The notes beneath the pieces were generated by a model. It saw only the letters and a program-made list of their open reading frames with translations. It was not told the DNA's origin and did not search any database. The position numbers and the translations under genes are program-made. A DNA stretch of 64,000 nucleotides, from contig JBIKXA010000002.1 of NCBI GenBank assembly GCA_044356015.1, positions 173-64,172 of the forward strand, read 5' to 3'. This stretch comes from Roseomonas sp. GTDB taxonomy: Bacteria > Pseudomonadota > Alphaproteobacteria > Acetobacterales > Acetobacteraceae. How positions within the stretch are numbered: position 1 is the first letter of the stretch; every line of letters begins with the position of its first letter. Below are positions 1 through 9,353 of this stretch, piece by piece.

Positions 1-773
1 GCATCGCAGCCGAAGCTGTGCCGCTCACCATCTACAGGCAAAGCTTTTTCATGACTGCCCCAGCCAAGTTCTGCCGGCTGGCAGCCCTCACCAGTGAAGC
101 CATCAATGGACCAGGTATTGACGAATTCACCACGGCGCTTCGGCATATTGCCAGCCACCTGGGTATCGCGTTCCGCGATATGAATGACCTTGATGCCAAG
201 GTCGCGCGCAAGGCTTGCCCAATCCGCGCGGGATTGCGGTGTGTTCACGCCATGGCCGGTATCTTGCGCGATATTCAGCAGCGCCTGCTTCACGAAATGC
301 GAAACCAGGCCGGGATTGGCGCCATGCGTCATGACCGCTGTTGGCCCCGCCCCGTTCTTGAGCGCGAGCGCGCTTTCGCGCAACGCATAATTGGAACGCT
401 GGGATGGCGAAAGCGCTGGGTCCGTATAGCCGCCGGCCCAGGGCTCCACGCAGGTATCAAGGTAAAGCGCGCCGATCTCTCGGCAGAGCTGCACCAGCGC
501 CACGGAGGAAACATCCACAGAAAGGTTCAGCAGGAAATCCCCCGCTGATAGCCGCGCGCGCAGCTCTGCCGCGTAATTATCCCGCGTCAGCGGCAGCACG
601 GTGTGGTGAATGCCAAGCTGCTTCGCAATTTCAACGCCGCGCGCGTCAGAGGTGACGATCTCAATCCTTTCCTTCGGCATATCAATATGCCGAAGGATCA
701 GCGGCAGCACGCCCTGCCCGATGGAACCAAAGCCGAGCATGACAAGCTTGCCCGCGAAAGAAGTGTGTTTCAT
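1..773 (-). CDS. hss: Homospermidine synthase (5' part; runs off the left edge)
   Basis: Not in the ORF track because it has no stop in the window. Manual translation from ATG at 773 gives MKHTSFAGKLVMLGFGSIGQGVLPLILRH (NAD-binding Rossmann motif), THGANPGLVSHFVKQAL and EFVNTWSIDGFTGEGCQPAELGWGSHE, typical HSS motifs. Confidence 0.93.
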   Translation of the reverse strand, partial: MKHTSFAGKLVMLGFGSIGQGVLPLILRHIDMPKERIEIVTSDARGVEIAKQLGIHHTVLPLTRDNYAAELRARLSAGDFLLNLSVDVSSVALVQLCREIGALYLDTCVEPWAGGYTDPALSPSQRSNYALRESALALKNGAGPTAVMTHGANPGLVSHFVKQALLNIAQDTGHGVNTPQSRADWASLARDLGIKVIHIAERDTQVAGNMPKRRGEFVNTWSIDGFTGEGCQPAELGWGSHEKALPVDGERHSFGCD

Positions 774-792
774 CTCATTCTTCCCTTGCACT

Positions 793-2016
793 TCAGGCGG
801 CCCGCGCCGCAGTGAGTGAGTATTGCGGGTTCATCAGCAAGGGCGCATCCGCGACCTCGGCGACAAAGGCCCGATCAAAGCCGTTGAAGGCCGTGCGCAA
901 GGCCGTGCCATAAGCGCCCAACTGCCCGATTTCGATCCAATCCCCTTCGCAGACATCACCCGGCAGAGTCCATGGACCTTTCATGACATCCGCCGAATCG
1001 CAGGTGGGGCCGAAAAGAATGAAATCCTCGGCACGCGCGCTGGGCTGGCAACCATTCGAAGGGACCAGCCGATGCGGAAAGCGAAAGCCTGGCGCGCCTG
1101 CGTCTGAAAGCGCGCCATAAACGCCATCATTCACATAAAGCGCATTGCCGCGGCGTTGCTGCACCTGCACCACCACCGAGGCGCCGCTGGCCACCAGGGC
1201 GCGGCCGGGTTCGGCCCAAAGCCTGGTGCCCGGGCGCAGCACCGCTACGGCATCCGTGATCGCCGCCATGAAGGCGGAAAGCGGCGGGGGAACACTTCCC
1301 GGATAGGCCACCGGAAAGCCGCCGCCAATGTCCAGAATGTCCACCGCCACACCGGAAGCCGCAATCACCGATTGCGCCAGTTGGATCGCATGCGTCCAGG
1401 CTTCGGGTTCAAGGCATTGCGACCCGACATGGAAGGAAACGCCAAGTCTTGCCGCATGCGGGCGCGCCGCGCGCAGCAAGGCCGCCGCGATGGCGGGGTC
1501 AGCGCCGAATTTGCCGGAAAGATCATAGGCCGCCTTTCCCTTGGGGAGTGCCAGGCGCACCACAAGGCCAAGATCACCGCCGCCCGTTTCGGTGCGGATC
1601 TTTTGCAGTTCTTCCGCCGTGTCCAGCACGAAATCACGCACGCCGAAATCATGCCATGCCGCACGGATCGCGCCGCGGGATTTCACCGGATGCATGAAAT
1701 GCAAGGCCGCCTTGGGGAACATGCTGCGCAGCAGCCGTATTTCCGCCTCCGAGGCACAGTCGAAATGCGTTACGCCGCCAGCGGCCACAGCCCGTAGCAT
1801 GGCCGGTTCCGCATTGCATTTCACGGCATAAAGCACATCGCCCGGAAAAGCGGCATGGAAGCGCTGTGCTGCTTCAGTGACCGCATGGGGCCGCAGGCAA
1901 TAAAGCGGTTCTTCCGGCCGCGTGCTGCGCAGCAGGGTTTCCACATTCGGCGATTGCTGACCAGTGGTGTTGCGCCGCAAAGGGGCGACAGCGCGACGCG
2001 AACGGATGTGATCCAT
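793..2016 (-). CDS. Type III PLP-dependent ornithine/lysine decarboxylase
   Basis: Motifs YAVKCN (PLP Lys), FDCAS, HVGSQ, DIGGGFP, EPGRAL, GPTCDSAD, GAYG. Start taken at MDHIRS (2016) rather than the track start 2115. Confidence 0.93.
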   Translation of the reverse strand: MDHIRSRRAVAPLRRNTTGQQSPNVETLLRSTRPEEPLYCLRPHAVTEAAQRFHAAFPGDVLYAVKCNAEPAMLRAVAAGGVTHFDCASEAEIRLLRSMFPKAALHFMHPVKSRGAIRAAWHDFGVRDFVLDTAEELQKIRTETGGGDLGLVVRLALPKGKAAYDLSGKFGADPAIAAALLRAARPHAARLGVSFHVGSQCLEPEAWTHAIQLAQSVIAASGVAVDILDIGGGFPVAYPGSVPPPLSAFMAAITDAVAVLRPGTRLWAEPGRALVASGASVVVQVQQRRGNALYVNDGVYGALSDAGAPGFRFPHRLVPSNGCQPSARAEDFILFGPTCDSADVMKGPWTLPGDVCEGDWIEIGQLGAYGTALRTAFNGFDRAFVAEVADAPLLMNPQYSLTAARAA

Positions 2017-2487
2017 CGGATGAACCTTCCAGGGAAACGGAGACGCGTCCCGCCGCCGCACCACGGCCACTAAGGCCGGGCGCAGCGGCGGGAATGAGGA
2101 AGCCCGCCGGGCCAAAGCCGCATGCCCCCGCCCAAGCCCGATGGGCTTTGGGTCAGGCGCAAGCGCGCAGCAAATCGCCCCTAGGGCGCTGCGTTCAAAG
2201 CGATGAGGAGGTCATCGCAGAGCGGCAGACAGGCGACACAGGCGGCTCCCTCGAACATTCCGGCCCACAAGGCCGGATCGAACAAAGGACGCGTCCCGTC
2301 GTTGCTTGTGGCCCGTAAAGCGGGCCTCGCGGCACGTGCGATGGCGTCAGCGCAGCTCCAATGATCTGCGCTGACAGTTATATATCCGGCCATGACGCCG
2401 GATGCAAGAGTATTTTTGCGCATCACCCATGAAAAACGCGCATATCGGCGCGATGAAAAGCTGATTCAGCGGGAATTTATCCGGAAA
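2017..2487 (-). promoter_or_regulatory. Long structured 5' leader of the decarboxylase-hss transcript (possible cis-regulatory RNA)
   Basis: Perfect stems at 2176-2188, 2200-2218, 2259-2277, 2310-2326 and 2346-2375; GACGCGTCCCG repeated at 2042-2052 and 2288-2298. Confidence 0.45.
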
Positions 2488-3384
2488 TCAGCCCTTCTGG
2501 CTCATAAGACAGAGATATTCCCAGGCCATGGTGGCGGCGGCGAGAGCGGTAATTTCCGCCACATCATAGGCCGGCGCCACTTCCACGATATCGGCGCCCC
2601 GAAAATCCACGCCCGCCATGCCGCGCAGGATCATCTGCGCCTGCCAGCTTGCCAGCCCACCGATTTCGGGTGTGCCGGTGCCCGGCGCAAAGGCCGGGTC
2701 CAGCCCATCAATATCAAAGGAAAGATAACAGGGGCCGCTCCCCAGCACCGCCCGCGCCTTGGCAATGGTGGCCGAGAGAGGGGCTTCGTGGATTTCATGC
2801 GCCATGATCGTGGTGACACCCTGTTCGCGAGTCCAGGCGAACATTTCTGGCCACGCCGGGGAACGGATGCCAAGCTGAACCATCCGCCGCGGGTCTATCA
2901 AGCCTTCGGTAATGGCATGCCAAAACACGGCGCCATGGGCAAAGCGTTGCCCGAAATTATCCTCGGAAGTGTCGAGATGCGCATCTATATGCAGCACCCC
3001 AACAGGCCCACCCAACCGCTTCGTCAGCGCGCGCAACAAAGCCAGGGTGACGCCATGCTCGCCACCAAAGGCAAGCAGGTGGGCCAGCCCCGCTGCCTGA
3101 TCTTCGATCATAGCAAGGCTTTTTTCGATATCCCCAAGCGCAATGTCAAATTCGCCAAGATCAGAAAGATCAAGCCGAGAGGGATCAGCGCCCGTGATCG
3201 GGTGCCGCCCATCGGTCAGCATGCGTGCTGCTGCGCGTATGGCGCGCGGCCCATCACGGGAACCCGCCCGGTTCGTTGTGCCAATATCAAGCGGCACGCC
3301 CGCCACACAAAAGCTGGCGCCCCGATCATTCGGACGCGCACCAAGGAATGAATGGGGAGAAGCAAAGGTGACGGGAACTGCCAT
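2488..3384 (-). CDS. speB: Agmatinase / ureohydrolase family
   Basis: GVPLDIGTTNRAGSRDGPRAIR, GGEH, HIDAHLDT, SFDIDGLDPAFAPGTGTPEIGGL (binuclear Mn ligands); adjacent to polyamine genes. Confidence 0.88.
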   Translation of the reverse strand: MAVPVTFASPHSFLGARPNDRGASFCVAGVPLDIGTTNRAGSRDGPRAIRAAARMLTDGRHPITGADPSRLDLSDLGEFDIALGDIEKSLAMIEDQAAGLAHLLAFGGEHGVTLALLRALTKRLGGPVGVLHIDAHLDTSEDNFGQRFAHGAVFWHAITEGLIDPRRMVQLGIRSPAWPEMFAWTREQGVTTIMAHEIHEAPLSATIAKARAVLGSGPCYLSFDIDGLDPAFAPGTGTPEIGGLASWQAQMILRGMAGVDFRGADIVEVAPAYDVAEITALAAATMAWEYLCLMSQKG

Positions 3385-3621
3385 GGGTGTCTTCTGCGAG
3401 GTTATGACACGGTTCTTCTAGACCAATAACTAAACCCAATCCACGCTTGGTCTGTAGCTTCAACCGCGTTCTTCGTCGTCTTCCATATGACCGGAAGCGC
3501 GCCACAACGAGCTTCATCACGCCAATACCTAGCGCAAGCGATGGTGAATAAGCAGTGAAGAAGATCGGATCGGTCGCGCTGTACAATGCGCGTTCCGCCT
3601 CAAAATCTGCCAGCGCGCCAT

Positions 3622-4063
3622 TGAAGGGGGGCAGCTCGCCCTTAATGTGGCCGCAGGTGAATTTGTGGCCCTTGTCGGGCCTTCAGGTTGTGGCAAATCC
3701 ACCCTCATGCGGATCGTGGCCGGGATTGAAACCGCCGACGATGGAAGCATCTCTATCAATTCACGAGACGTAACGGCCCTGCGCGCGGCCGAACGCAATG
3801 TCGCCATGGTATTCCAGAATTATGCACTTTATCCGCACTTGACCGTGCGTGAGAATATCGCCGTGCCCTTGGCCATGCGGCGGGTTTCTGCACTTGAAGG
3901 GCTCGCTCTTTCGGGTCGCATCAAGGCCAGTTTTTCGCATAAGCGCGCAGCCATTGCGGAGGCATCGACCTTCGATTATTGGTCGGTGCATCCGCAAGCG
4001 CGCGGCACGCTGAAGTCATTGCTGATCCATCCCGGCTTGCGGCTTCCGGCATTTCTGGCGTGA
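3622..4063 (+). pseudogene. Truncated UgpC/MalK-like ABC ATP-binding subunit
   Basis: Walker [10 protein letters not shown] and [20 protein letters not shown] are present, but similarity ends before the LSGGQ signature and Walker B; the N-terminus appears frameshifted. Confidence 0.8.
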
Positions 4064-4097
4064 CGCCGAAAACTTCGGCACTGATTGGGAGGATGTT

Positions 4098-5519
4098 ATG
4101 ACACGCGTGATCATGGTTGCCCTTGATGGGCTGCGCCCGGATATGGTGGACCCCGTGGCGACGCCGCATCTGCATGCGTTGGGCGCTGCCGGTGCGCGCT
4201 TTGCGCGGGCACGCAGCATCTTCCCCTCGGAAACACGGGTGGCCACGCCATCGCTCATCACAGGCTGCCGCCCTGGCGGGCATGGGCTGGTCGCCAATAC
4301 GCTTTTCGATGCCTCGGTCGCGCCTGAACGTCTCATCCGCACCAAGCTTGTTGAAGATGTCATCACGCTGGCCGCCGGCGCGGAATCGCCCCTGCAACGC
4401 CCAAGCCTTGCAGAGCGCCTGGCACCGCATGGAATGAGTTTTGCGCTTGTGAGCGCCGGCACGGCGGGGGCGGCGCGCTTGCTCCACCCCGCAGCGGAAC
4501 GGCTTGGCGGCTTTCGCTGGAATGTCGAGGATACGTCAGGCGAGACAGCGGAGCGTGTGGTTGCAGCGCTAGGCGTAACGCCGGCCGCTGCCGTGCCGAA
4601 TATTGCGCGGGTAGAATTTGCCGGCCGCGTTTTGCTTGAACACGTATTGCCCCAAATCAAGCCGGATGTGGCGCTGCTTTGGCTTTCCGAACCCGATGTT
4701 TCCTTCCATTGGGGCGGGTTGCGGGCTGAGCATACGCAACGCGCGCTGAAAGCCGCCGATGCGGTGCTTGGGCAAATCATCGCCTGGCGTGATGCGCAGG
4801 CAGATGCGCAGGAAATCGCAATCATTGTGCTTTCGGATCACGGCCATGTGACCGGGCGCGGCAAGACCTGCCTGCGGAGCGAATTGCAGCGCGCCGGCTT
4901 CCGCGCTGGCACTGGCATGGCGCCCGATGTGGATATTGTGGTGGCGCCGGCTGCCGCGCCTGGCCTTTGGCTGAGGAATCCATCGCTTGCGTCTCAGGTG
5001 GCGGATTTCCTGGCCATGCAGAACTGGGCTGGTCCTTTATTGGCACGTGATCCTGCGATCCTGGCGCCCGGGCGTGCGGCGCCGCTCGCCTTGCTTGGTT
5101 CGGCGCATGCGCGCAGCGCCGATCTGGTGGCGACATTCGCGGGTGATGAAGGCTTGGATGAATGGGGCCTGCCAGGCACGGCCCCCTTCGACGCGCCGGA
5201 TGTACCGGAAGGCGGCGGCATGCATGGCGGTCTGCATCGTGCCGAACTTGCGACCGTTCTTGTCATGCAGGGCGGCCCCTTCCGGCAAGGCGCGGTGATC
5301 CAAGAACCCGCAGATTTGACCGATATTGTGCCGACCATTCTGCATATGCTCGGCATTGATGGCGCCGGCATGGAAGGGAGGCCATTGCGGGGTGCTTTGG
5401 ATGCCGCGGGCGATTTGCCGCCCACTGAAGAATTGCACGATCTACCGGGCGATTTCGTCCTGGAAGCCATGCGGGCAGAAAATGGACGGCTTTACCCGAC
5501 CGCGATGCGCCGGCGCTAG
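4098..5519 (+). CDS. Alkaline phosphatase superfamily, NPP/phosphodiesterase type
   Basis: ALDGLRPDM, FPSETRV (Thr nucleophile position), SEPDVSFH, SDHGH, GMHGG. Confidence 0.88.
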   Translation: MTRVIMVALDGLRPDMVDPVATPHLHALGAAGARFARARSIFPSETRVATPSLITGCRPGGHGLVANTLFDASVAPERLIRTKLVEDVITLAAGAESPLQRPSLAERLAPHGMSFALVSAGTAGAARLLHPAAERLGGFRWNVEDTSGETAERVVAALGVTPAAAVPNIARVEFAGRVLLEHVLPQIKPDVALLWLSEPDVSFHWGGLRAEHTQRALKAADAVLGQIIAWRDAQADAQEIAIIVLSDHGHVTGRGKTCLRSELQRAGFRAGTGMAPDVDIVVAPAAAPGLWLRNPSLASQVADFLAMQNWAGPLLARDPAILAPGRAAPLALLGSAHARSADLVATFAGDEGLDEWGLPGTAPFDAPDVPEGGGMHGGLHRAELATVLVMQGGPFRQGAVIQEPADLTDIVPTILHMLGIDGAGMEGRPLRGALDAAGDLPPTEELHDLPGDFVLEAMRAENGRLYPTAMRRR

Positions 5520-5556
5520 TATGCGCGCTCCGCACTAACGGCTGCGGTGCATTCCT

Positions 5557-6435
5557 TCACCGCAGCGTGGGGTCAAGCCCATCGCGCAGCCAATCACCAA
5601 TCAGCGAAACGGAGAGCGTCGTCAGCACAATCGTGCTGGCGGGGGCGAGCAGAATCCAGGGCGCCCGCGTGAGATATTCGCGCCCATAGCCCACCATGGA
5701 ACCGAGCGATGTCTCTGGCGGCTGCACACCAAGACCCAGAAAGGAAAGCCCGGATTCCAGCAGAATCACTTCCGGAAAAGCGAGTGTCATGGAAACAATG
5801 AGTGTTGAGGCGATATTGGGCAGCACATGCCGGCCATAAATGCGCCATGGTGAAGCGCCGAGCCCCCTGACCGCGGCCGCATAGCCCTGCGCGCCTGCGG
5901 CCAATGCAAGGCCACGCGCGATCCGTGCATATCTTTCCCAGGCATGCAGCCCAAGCAGACAAACCAGCAGCACAAGCGAATTGCCGAAAAACGCGAGCAC
6001 CGCCAAGGCAAGAATAAGAAAGGGAAGTGAGGCCGAGAAATCCACCAGTGCAAGCACGGCCTGTTCCACCAATCCCCTGAAATGCGCGGCAAGAAATCCA
6101 AGTGATGTGCCGATTACTGCGCCGATGATGGTGGCGCCGAAGGCGATCAAAAGGCTGGTGCGGATGGAATAGATCAGCCGTGAGAGCACATCGCGCCCAA
6201 GCTCATCCGTGCCGAGCGGGTGCAGCCAGGTGCCGCCAAGCAGGATGGGCGGTGAAAGGCGATTGCGCAAATCAAGCGCCGTATAGGCATAGGGGGCGAG
6301 AATATCCGCGAGCAACGCGACCATAAGCATCAATAACAGCCAGCCAATGCCAAAAATGACCAAGGCCGGCGGCGCCTTGCGCCGTATTTTTGGGGGCGCT
6401 GTCGGCGCGGCGATAACCAGAGGAGCTTCGGGCAT
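5557..6435 (-). CDS. Opp/Dpp-type ABC permease (DppC-like)
   Basis: HPLGTDELGRDVLSRL and LSFLGLGVQPPETSLG; start MPEAPL at 6435. Confidence 0.92.
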   Translation of the reverse strand: MPEAPLVIAAPTAPPKIRRKAPPALVIFGIGWLLLMLMVALLADILAPYAYTALDLRNRLSPPILLGGTWLHPLGTDELGRDVLSRLIYSIRTSLLIAFGATIIGAVIGTSLGFLAAHFRGLVEQAVLALVDFSASLPFLILALAVLAFFGNSLVLLVCLLGLHAWERYARIARGLALAAGAQGYAAAVRGLGASPWRIYGRHVLPNIASTLIVSMTLAFPEVILLESGLSFLGLGVQPPETSLGSMVGYGREYLTRAPWILLAPASTIVLTTLSVSLIGDWLRDGLDPTLR

Positions 6436-6436
6436 A

Positions 6437-7369
6437 TCAGGCGGCCTTTCGCGGCGCCGCGCGCAAGCGCGGATCAAGCAAGCCATACAGCAAATCAACA
6501 ATCAGATTGGCGCAGACCATGGTGATGGCGACCAGCAGCAAGATGCATTGCACCACGGCCAAATCTCGATTGGCGACTGCGACCACGAGCAACCGACCAA
6601 CGCCTGGCCAGGAAAAAACGCTTTCGACCACCACCGCCCCCGCGATCAAAGTGCCCACCATGAAGCCAATGATGGTGACGGTGGGAATGGCGGCATTCGG
6701 CAAGGCATGCCCCGTCACAACCGCGCGCCATGGCACACCCTTCGCGCTGGCGGTGCGGATATAGGGCTGGCCCAGAACCTCAAGCATGGCGCTGCGCGTA
6801 AAGCGCGCCAGCACCGCGGCACCGCCAAGCCCAAGCGTAATGACGGGCAGAATGCCGTGGCGCCAGCTTTCCTGCCCGCCCGAGGGCAGCCAGCCAAGTT
6901 GTACGGCAAAAACCAGCACAAGCAGCAGGCCCAAAACAAAGGAGGGCACGGTAAAGCCGGCCACGGCGATGATCATCACCACCCGATCTGCCAGGGAATT
7001 GCGATGCAAAGCGGCATAAATCCCCGCCGGAATGCCAAGGCAAATCTTGATCGCCAGCGCGGGCAGCGTCAGCGCCAAAGTCGCCGGAATGCGTTCCGTC
7101 ACCAGCACGATCGCATCACGCCCATCGCGCATGGACCGCCCCAAATCACCCTGCAGGATCGCCCAGAAATAGGAGAAATACTGCACCCAAATCGGCTCAT
7201 CCAAGCCCCAGGCGGTCCGGAAGGCATCCACCGCTTCCGGCGGCGCATCCGCACCCATGATGATTTGCGCAGGATCACCCGAAAGGCGCAGCACCACAAA
7301 GGCAAAGGTTACGACCATGGCGATGGTCAAGCCGGCGCGCGCAAGGCGAGAGGCGATAAAACGGAGCAT
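6437..7369 (-). CDS. Opp/Dpp-type ABC permease (DppB-like)
   Basis: LSGDPA, GDLGRS, YIRTASAKG, VVESVFSWPGVG, ANLIVDLLYGLLDPR. Confidence 0.93.
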   Translation of the reverse strand: MLRFIASRLARAGLTIAMVVTFAFVVLRLSGDPAQIIMGADAPPEAVDAFRTAWGLDEPIWVQYFSYFWAILQGDLGRSMRDGRDAIVLVTERIPATLALTLPALAIKICLGIPAGIYAALHRNSLADRVVMIIAVAGFTVPSFVLGLLLVLVFAVQLGWLPSGGQESWRHGILPVITLGLGGAAVLARFTRSAMLEVLGQPYIRTASAKGVPWRAVVTGHALPNAAIPTVTIIGFMVGTLIAGAVVVESVFSWPGVGRLLVVAVANRDLAVVQCILLLVAITMVCANLIVDLLYGLLDPRLRAAPRKAA

Positions 7370-8379
7370 CAGGCGGCCTCCTGCCGGGCTATGCCTTGCC
7401 CTGCGGCGATCTCTCCATGGGCGACATGGCAGGCGACAAGCCGCCCATCGGGGCGCGGCTTCAGAACGGGTGCCTCACGCGCGCAAAGATGGCTGGCGAC
7501 AGGGCAGCGCGGATGAAAGGCGCAGCCGGCAGGGCGATCGGCCGGGTTGGGCGGGTCGCCCTGCAAGACAATGCGCTGGCCCGCGCGGCCCGGATGCGGA
7601 ATGGCGGAGACAAGGGCGCGAGAATAAGGATGCGCTGGTTCATGCAGCACACCATCCGGTTCGCCTTCCTCAACAATGCGGCCAAGATACATCACCGCGA
7701 CACGGTGGCTCACTTGCCGAACGGCCCTTAGGTCGTGGCTGACAAACAGCATGGCGGTGCCGAATTCTTCCTGCAAATCCAACAGCAAATTCATGACCTG
7801 CGCCTGAATGGAAACATCAAGCGCGCTGATCGGTTCGTCACACACCAGCAGCGCGGGATCGGTTGCCAAGGCGCGTGCCAGAACCGCGCGTTGGCGCTGG
7901 CCGCCGGAAAGTTCATGCGGGTAGCGAATGCCCTGGTCAGGCCGCAACCCGACCGCGCGCAACAGGGCTTCTACCCGCGCGACCCTTTCGGAAGCACCGC
8001 CAATCCCATGAATATCGAGCGGTTCGGCGATTTGTGTTGCGATGGATAGCCGACGGTCAAGCGCGCCCAAGGGATCCTGAAACACCATTTGCATGCGCGC
8101 CCGCAGGCCACGCCAGGCCGCACTGCCCGGCGGCGGCATCACCGCACCATCGAAGCTGACACGCCCCGCATCTGGCGTTTCCATCCCAAGCACGAGACGT
8201 CCGGTGGTTGACTTTCCGCAACCGGATTCACCCACCAGCCCAAGGGTGCGCCCCCGTTCCAATTGCAGCGAAACGCCATCCACGGCGCGCACTTCCACGA
8301 TGCGCCCGAACATGCCGCGGCGCATGGCATAGCGACGAACCAGCCCTTCGGCTTCCAGCAAGGGGCCACCGGGCTTCAT
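7369..8379 (-). CDS. Opp/Dpp-type ABC ATP-binding subunit
   Basis: [28 protein letters not shown]-terminal GCAFHPRC; start MKPGG at 8379 with ATGA overlap. Confidence 0.93.
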   Translation of the reverse strand: MKPGGPLLEAEGLVRRYAMRRGMFGRIVEVRAVDGVSLQLERGRTLGLVGESGCGKSTTGRLVLGMETPDAGRVSFDGAVMPPPGSAAWRGLRARMQMVFQDPLGALDRRLSIATQIAEPLDIHGIGGASERVARVEALLRAVGLRPDQGIRYPHELSGGQRQRAVLARALATDPALLVCDEPISALDVSIQAQVMNLLLDLQEEFGTAMLFVSHDLRAVRQVSHRVAVMYLGRIVEEGEPDGVLHEPAHPYSRALVSAIPHPGRAGQRIVLQGDPPNPADRPAGCAFHPRCPVASHLCAREAPVLKPRPDGRLVACHVAHGEIAAGQGIARQEAA

Positions 8380-9353
8380 GCGGGTATTCTTTCCAGCGAT
8401 AATGCCGCAGGTGCAACGCGAATACAGGCGGCGCGATGTGCAGCGGAAATGCCCATCAGGTCCGGGGTGGCGGCATCGCAAGCGGCGGTGCGAAATTGGC
8501 AGCGCGGTGCAAAGCCGCAACCCGGCGGCATGGCCCAGGGTTCCGGCACGCCGCCCGGAATGGCGGCCAAGCGTCGGCGAGGGCCATCCATGGGCGGTAA
8601 GGCGCCGATCAAGCCTTGCGTATAGGGATGTGCTGCTGCATCAAAAAGCTGCGCTACCGGTGCTTCTTCCACGATACGGCCGGCATACATCACCGCCACA
8701 CGATCACAGGCTTCGGCAATCACCCCCAGATCATGGCTGATCAGCACCAGCGCCATGCCCATCTGCCGGCGTATGGATTGCAGCAATTCCAGAATCTGCG
8801 CCTGGATCGTCACATCAAGGGCGGTTGTGGGTTCATCCGCCACCAGCAATTCCGGCTGGCCGGCAAGCGCAATGGCAATCATCACGCGCTGATTCTGCCC
8901 GCCTGAAAGTTCATGCGGATAGGCATCCAGGCGCCGCGCCGCATCAGGGATGCCGACCAGATCAAGCAAGCGCTTCGCCTCAGCGCGCGCCGCGCCGCCT
9001 TCCATGCCGCGATGCAGCTTGAGTGCTTCCACAATCTGCTTGCCGATGCGATGGACAGGATTGAGGCTGCTGGCGGGGTCCTGGAAGATCATCGCAATCC
9101 TCCCGCCGCGCACGCGTTCCAATACGGATGCCGGGGCGCCGAGAAGTTCCTGCCCATCCAGCATGACGCTGCCGGTAATGCGCGCCTTGGATGGCAGCAA
9201 CCCAAGGGCTGCCAACCAGGTCACGGATTTGCCGCAGCCACTTTCACCAACAAGCCCAACCGCCTCACCCTTGGTGATGGAAAGGTCTATGCCCCGCAGT
9301 GCGGGCGCCCCATCAAAGGCAACCGAAAGCCCGGTCAGGCGGATCAGCGCCAT
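8376..9353 (-). CDS. Opp/Dpp-type ABC ATP-binding subunit
   Basis: [38 protein letters not shown]; start MALIRL at 9353. Confidence 0.93.
   Translation of the reverse strand: MALIRLTGLSVAFDGAPALRGIDLSITKGEAVGLVGESGCGKSVTWLAALGLLPSKARITGSVMLDGQELLGAPASVLERVRGGRIAMIFQDPASSLNPVHRIGKQIVEALKLHRGMEGGAARAEAKRLLDLVGIPDAARRLDAYPHELSGGQNQRVMIAIALAGQPELLVADEPTTALDVTIQAQILELLQSIRRQMGMALVLISHDLGVIAEACDRVAVMYAGRIVEEAPVAQLFDAAAHPYTQGLIGALPPMDGPRRRLAAIPGGVPEPWAMPPGCGFAPRCQFRTAACDAATPDLMGISAAHRAACIRVAPAALSLERIPA

Noticed and set aside
18-548. 176-aa plus-strand ORF
   Set aside because: Antisense shadow of hss, which has clear motifs on the minus strand.
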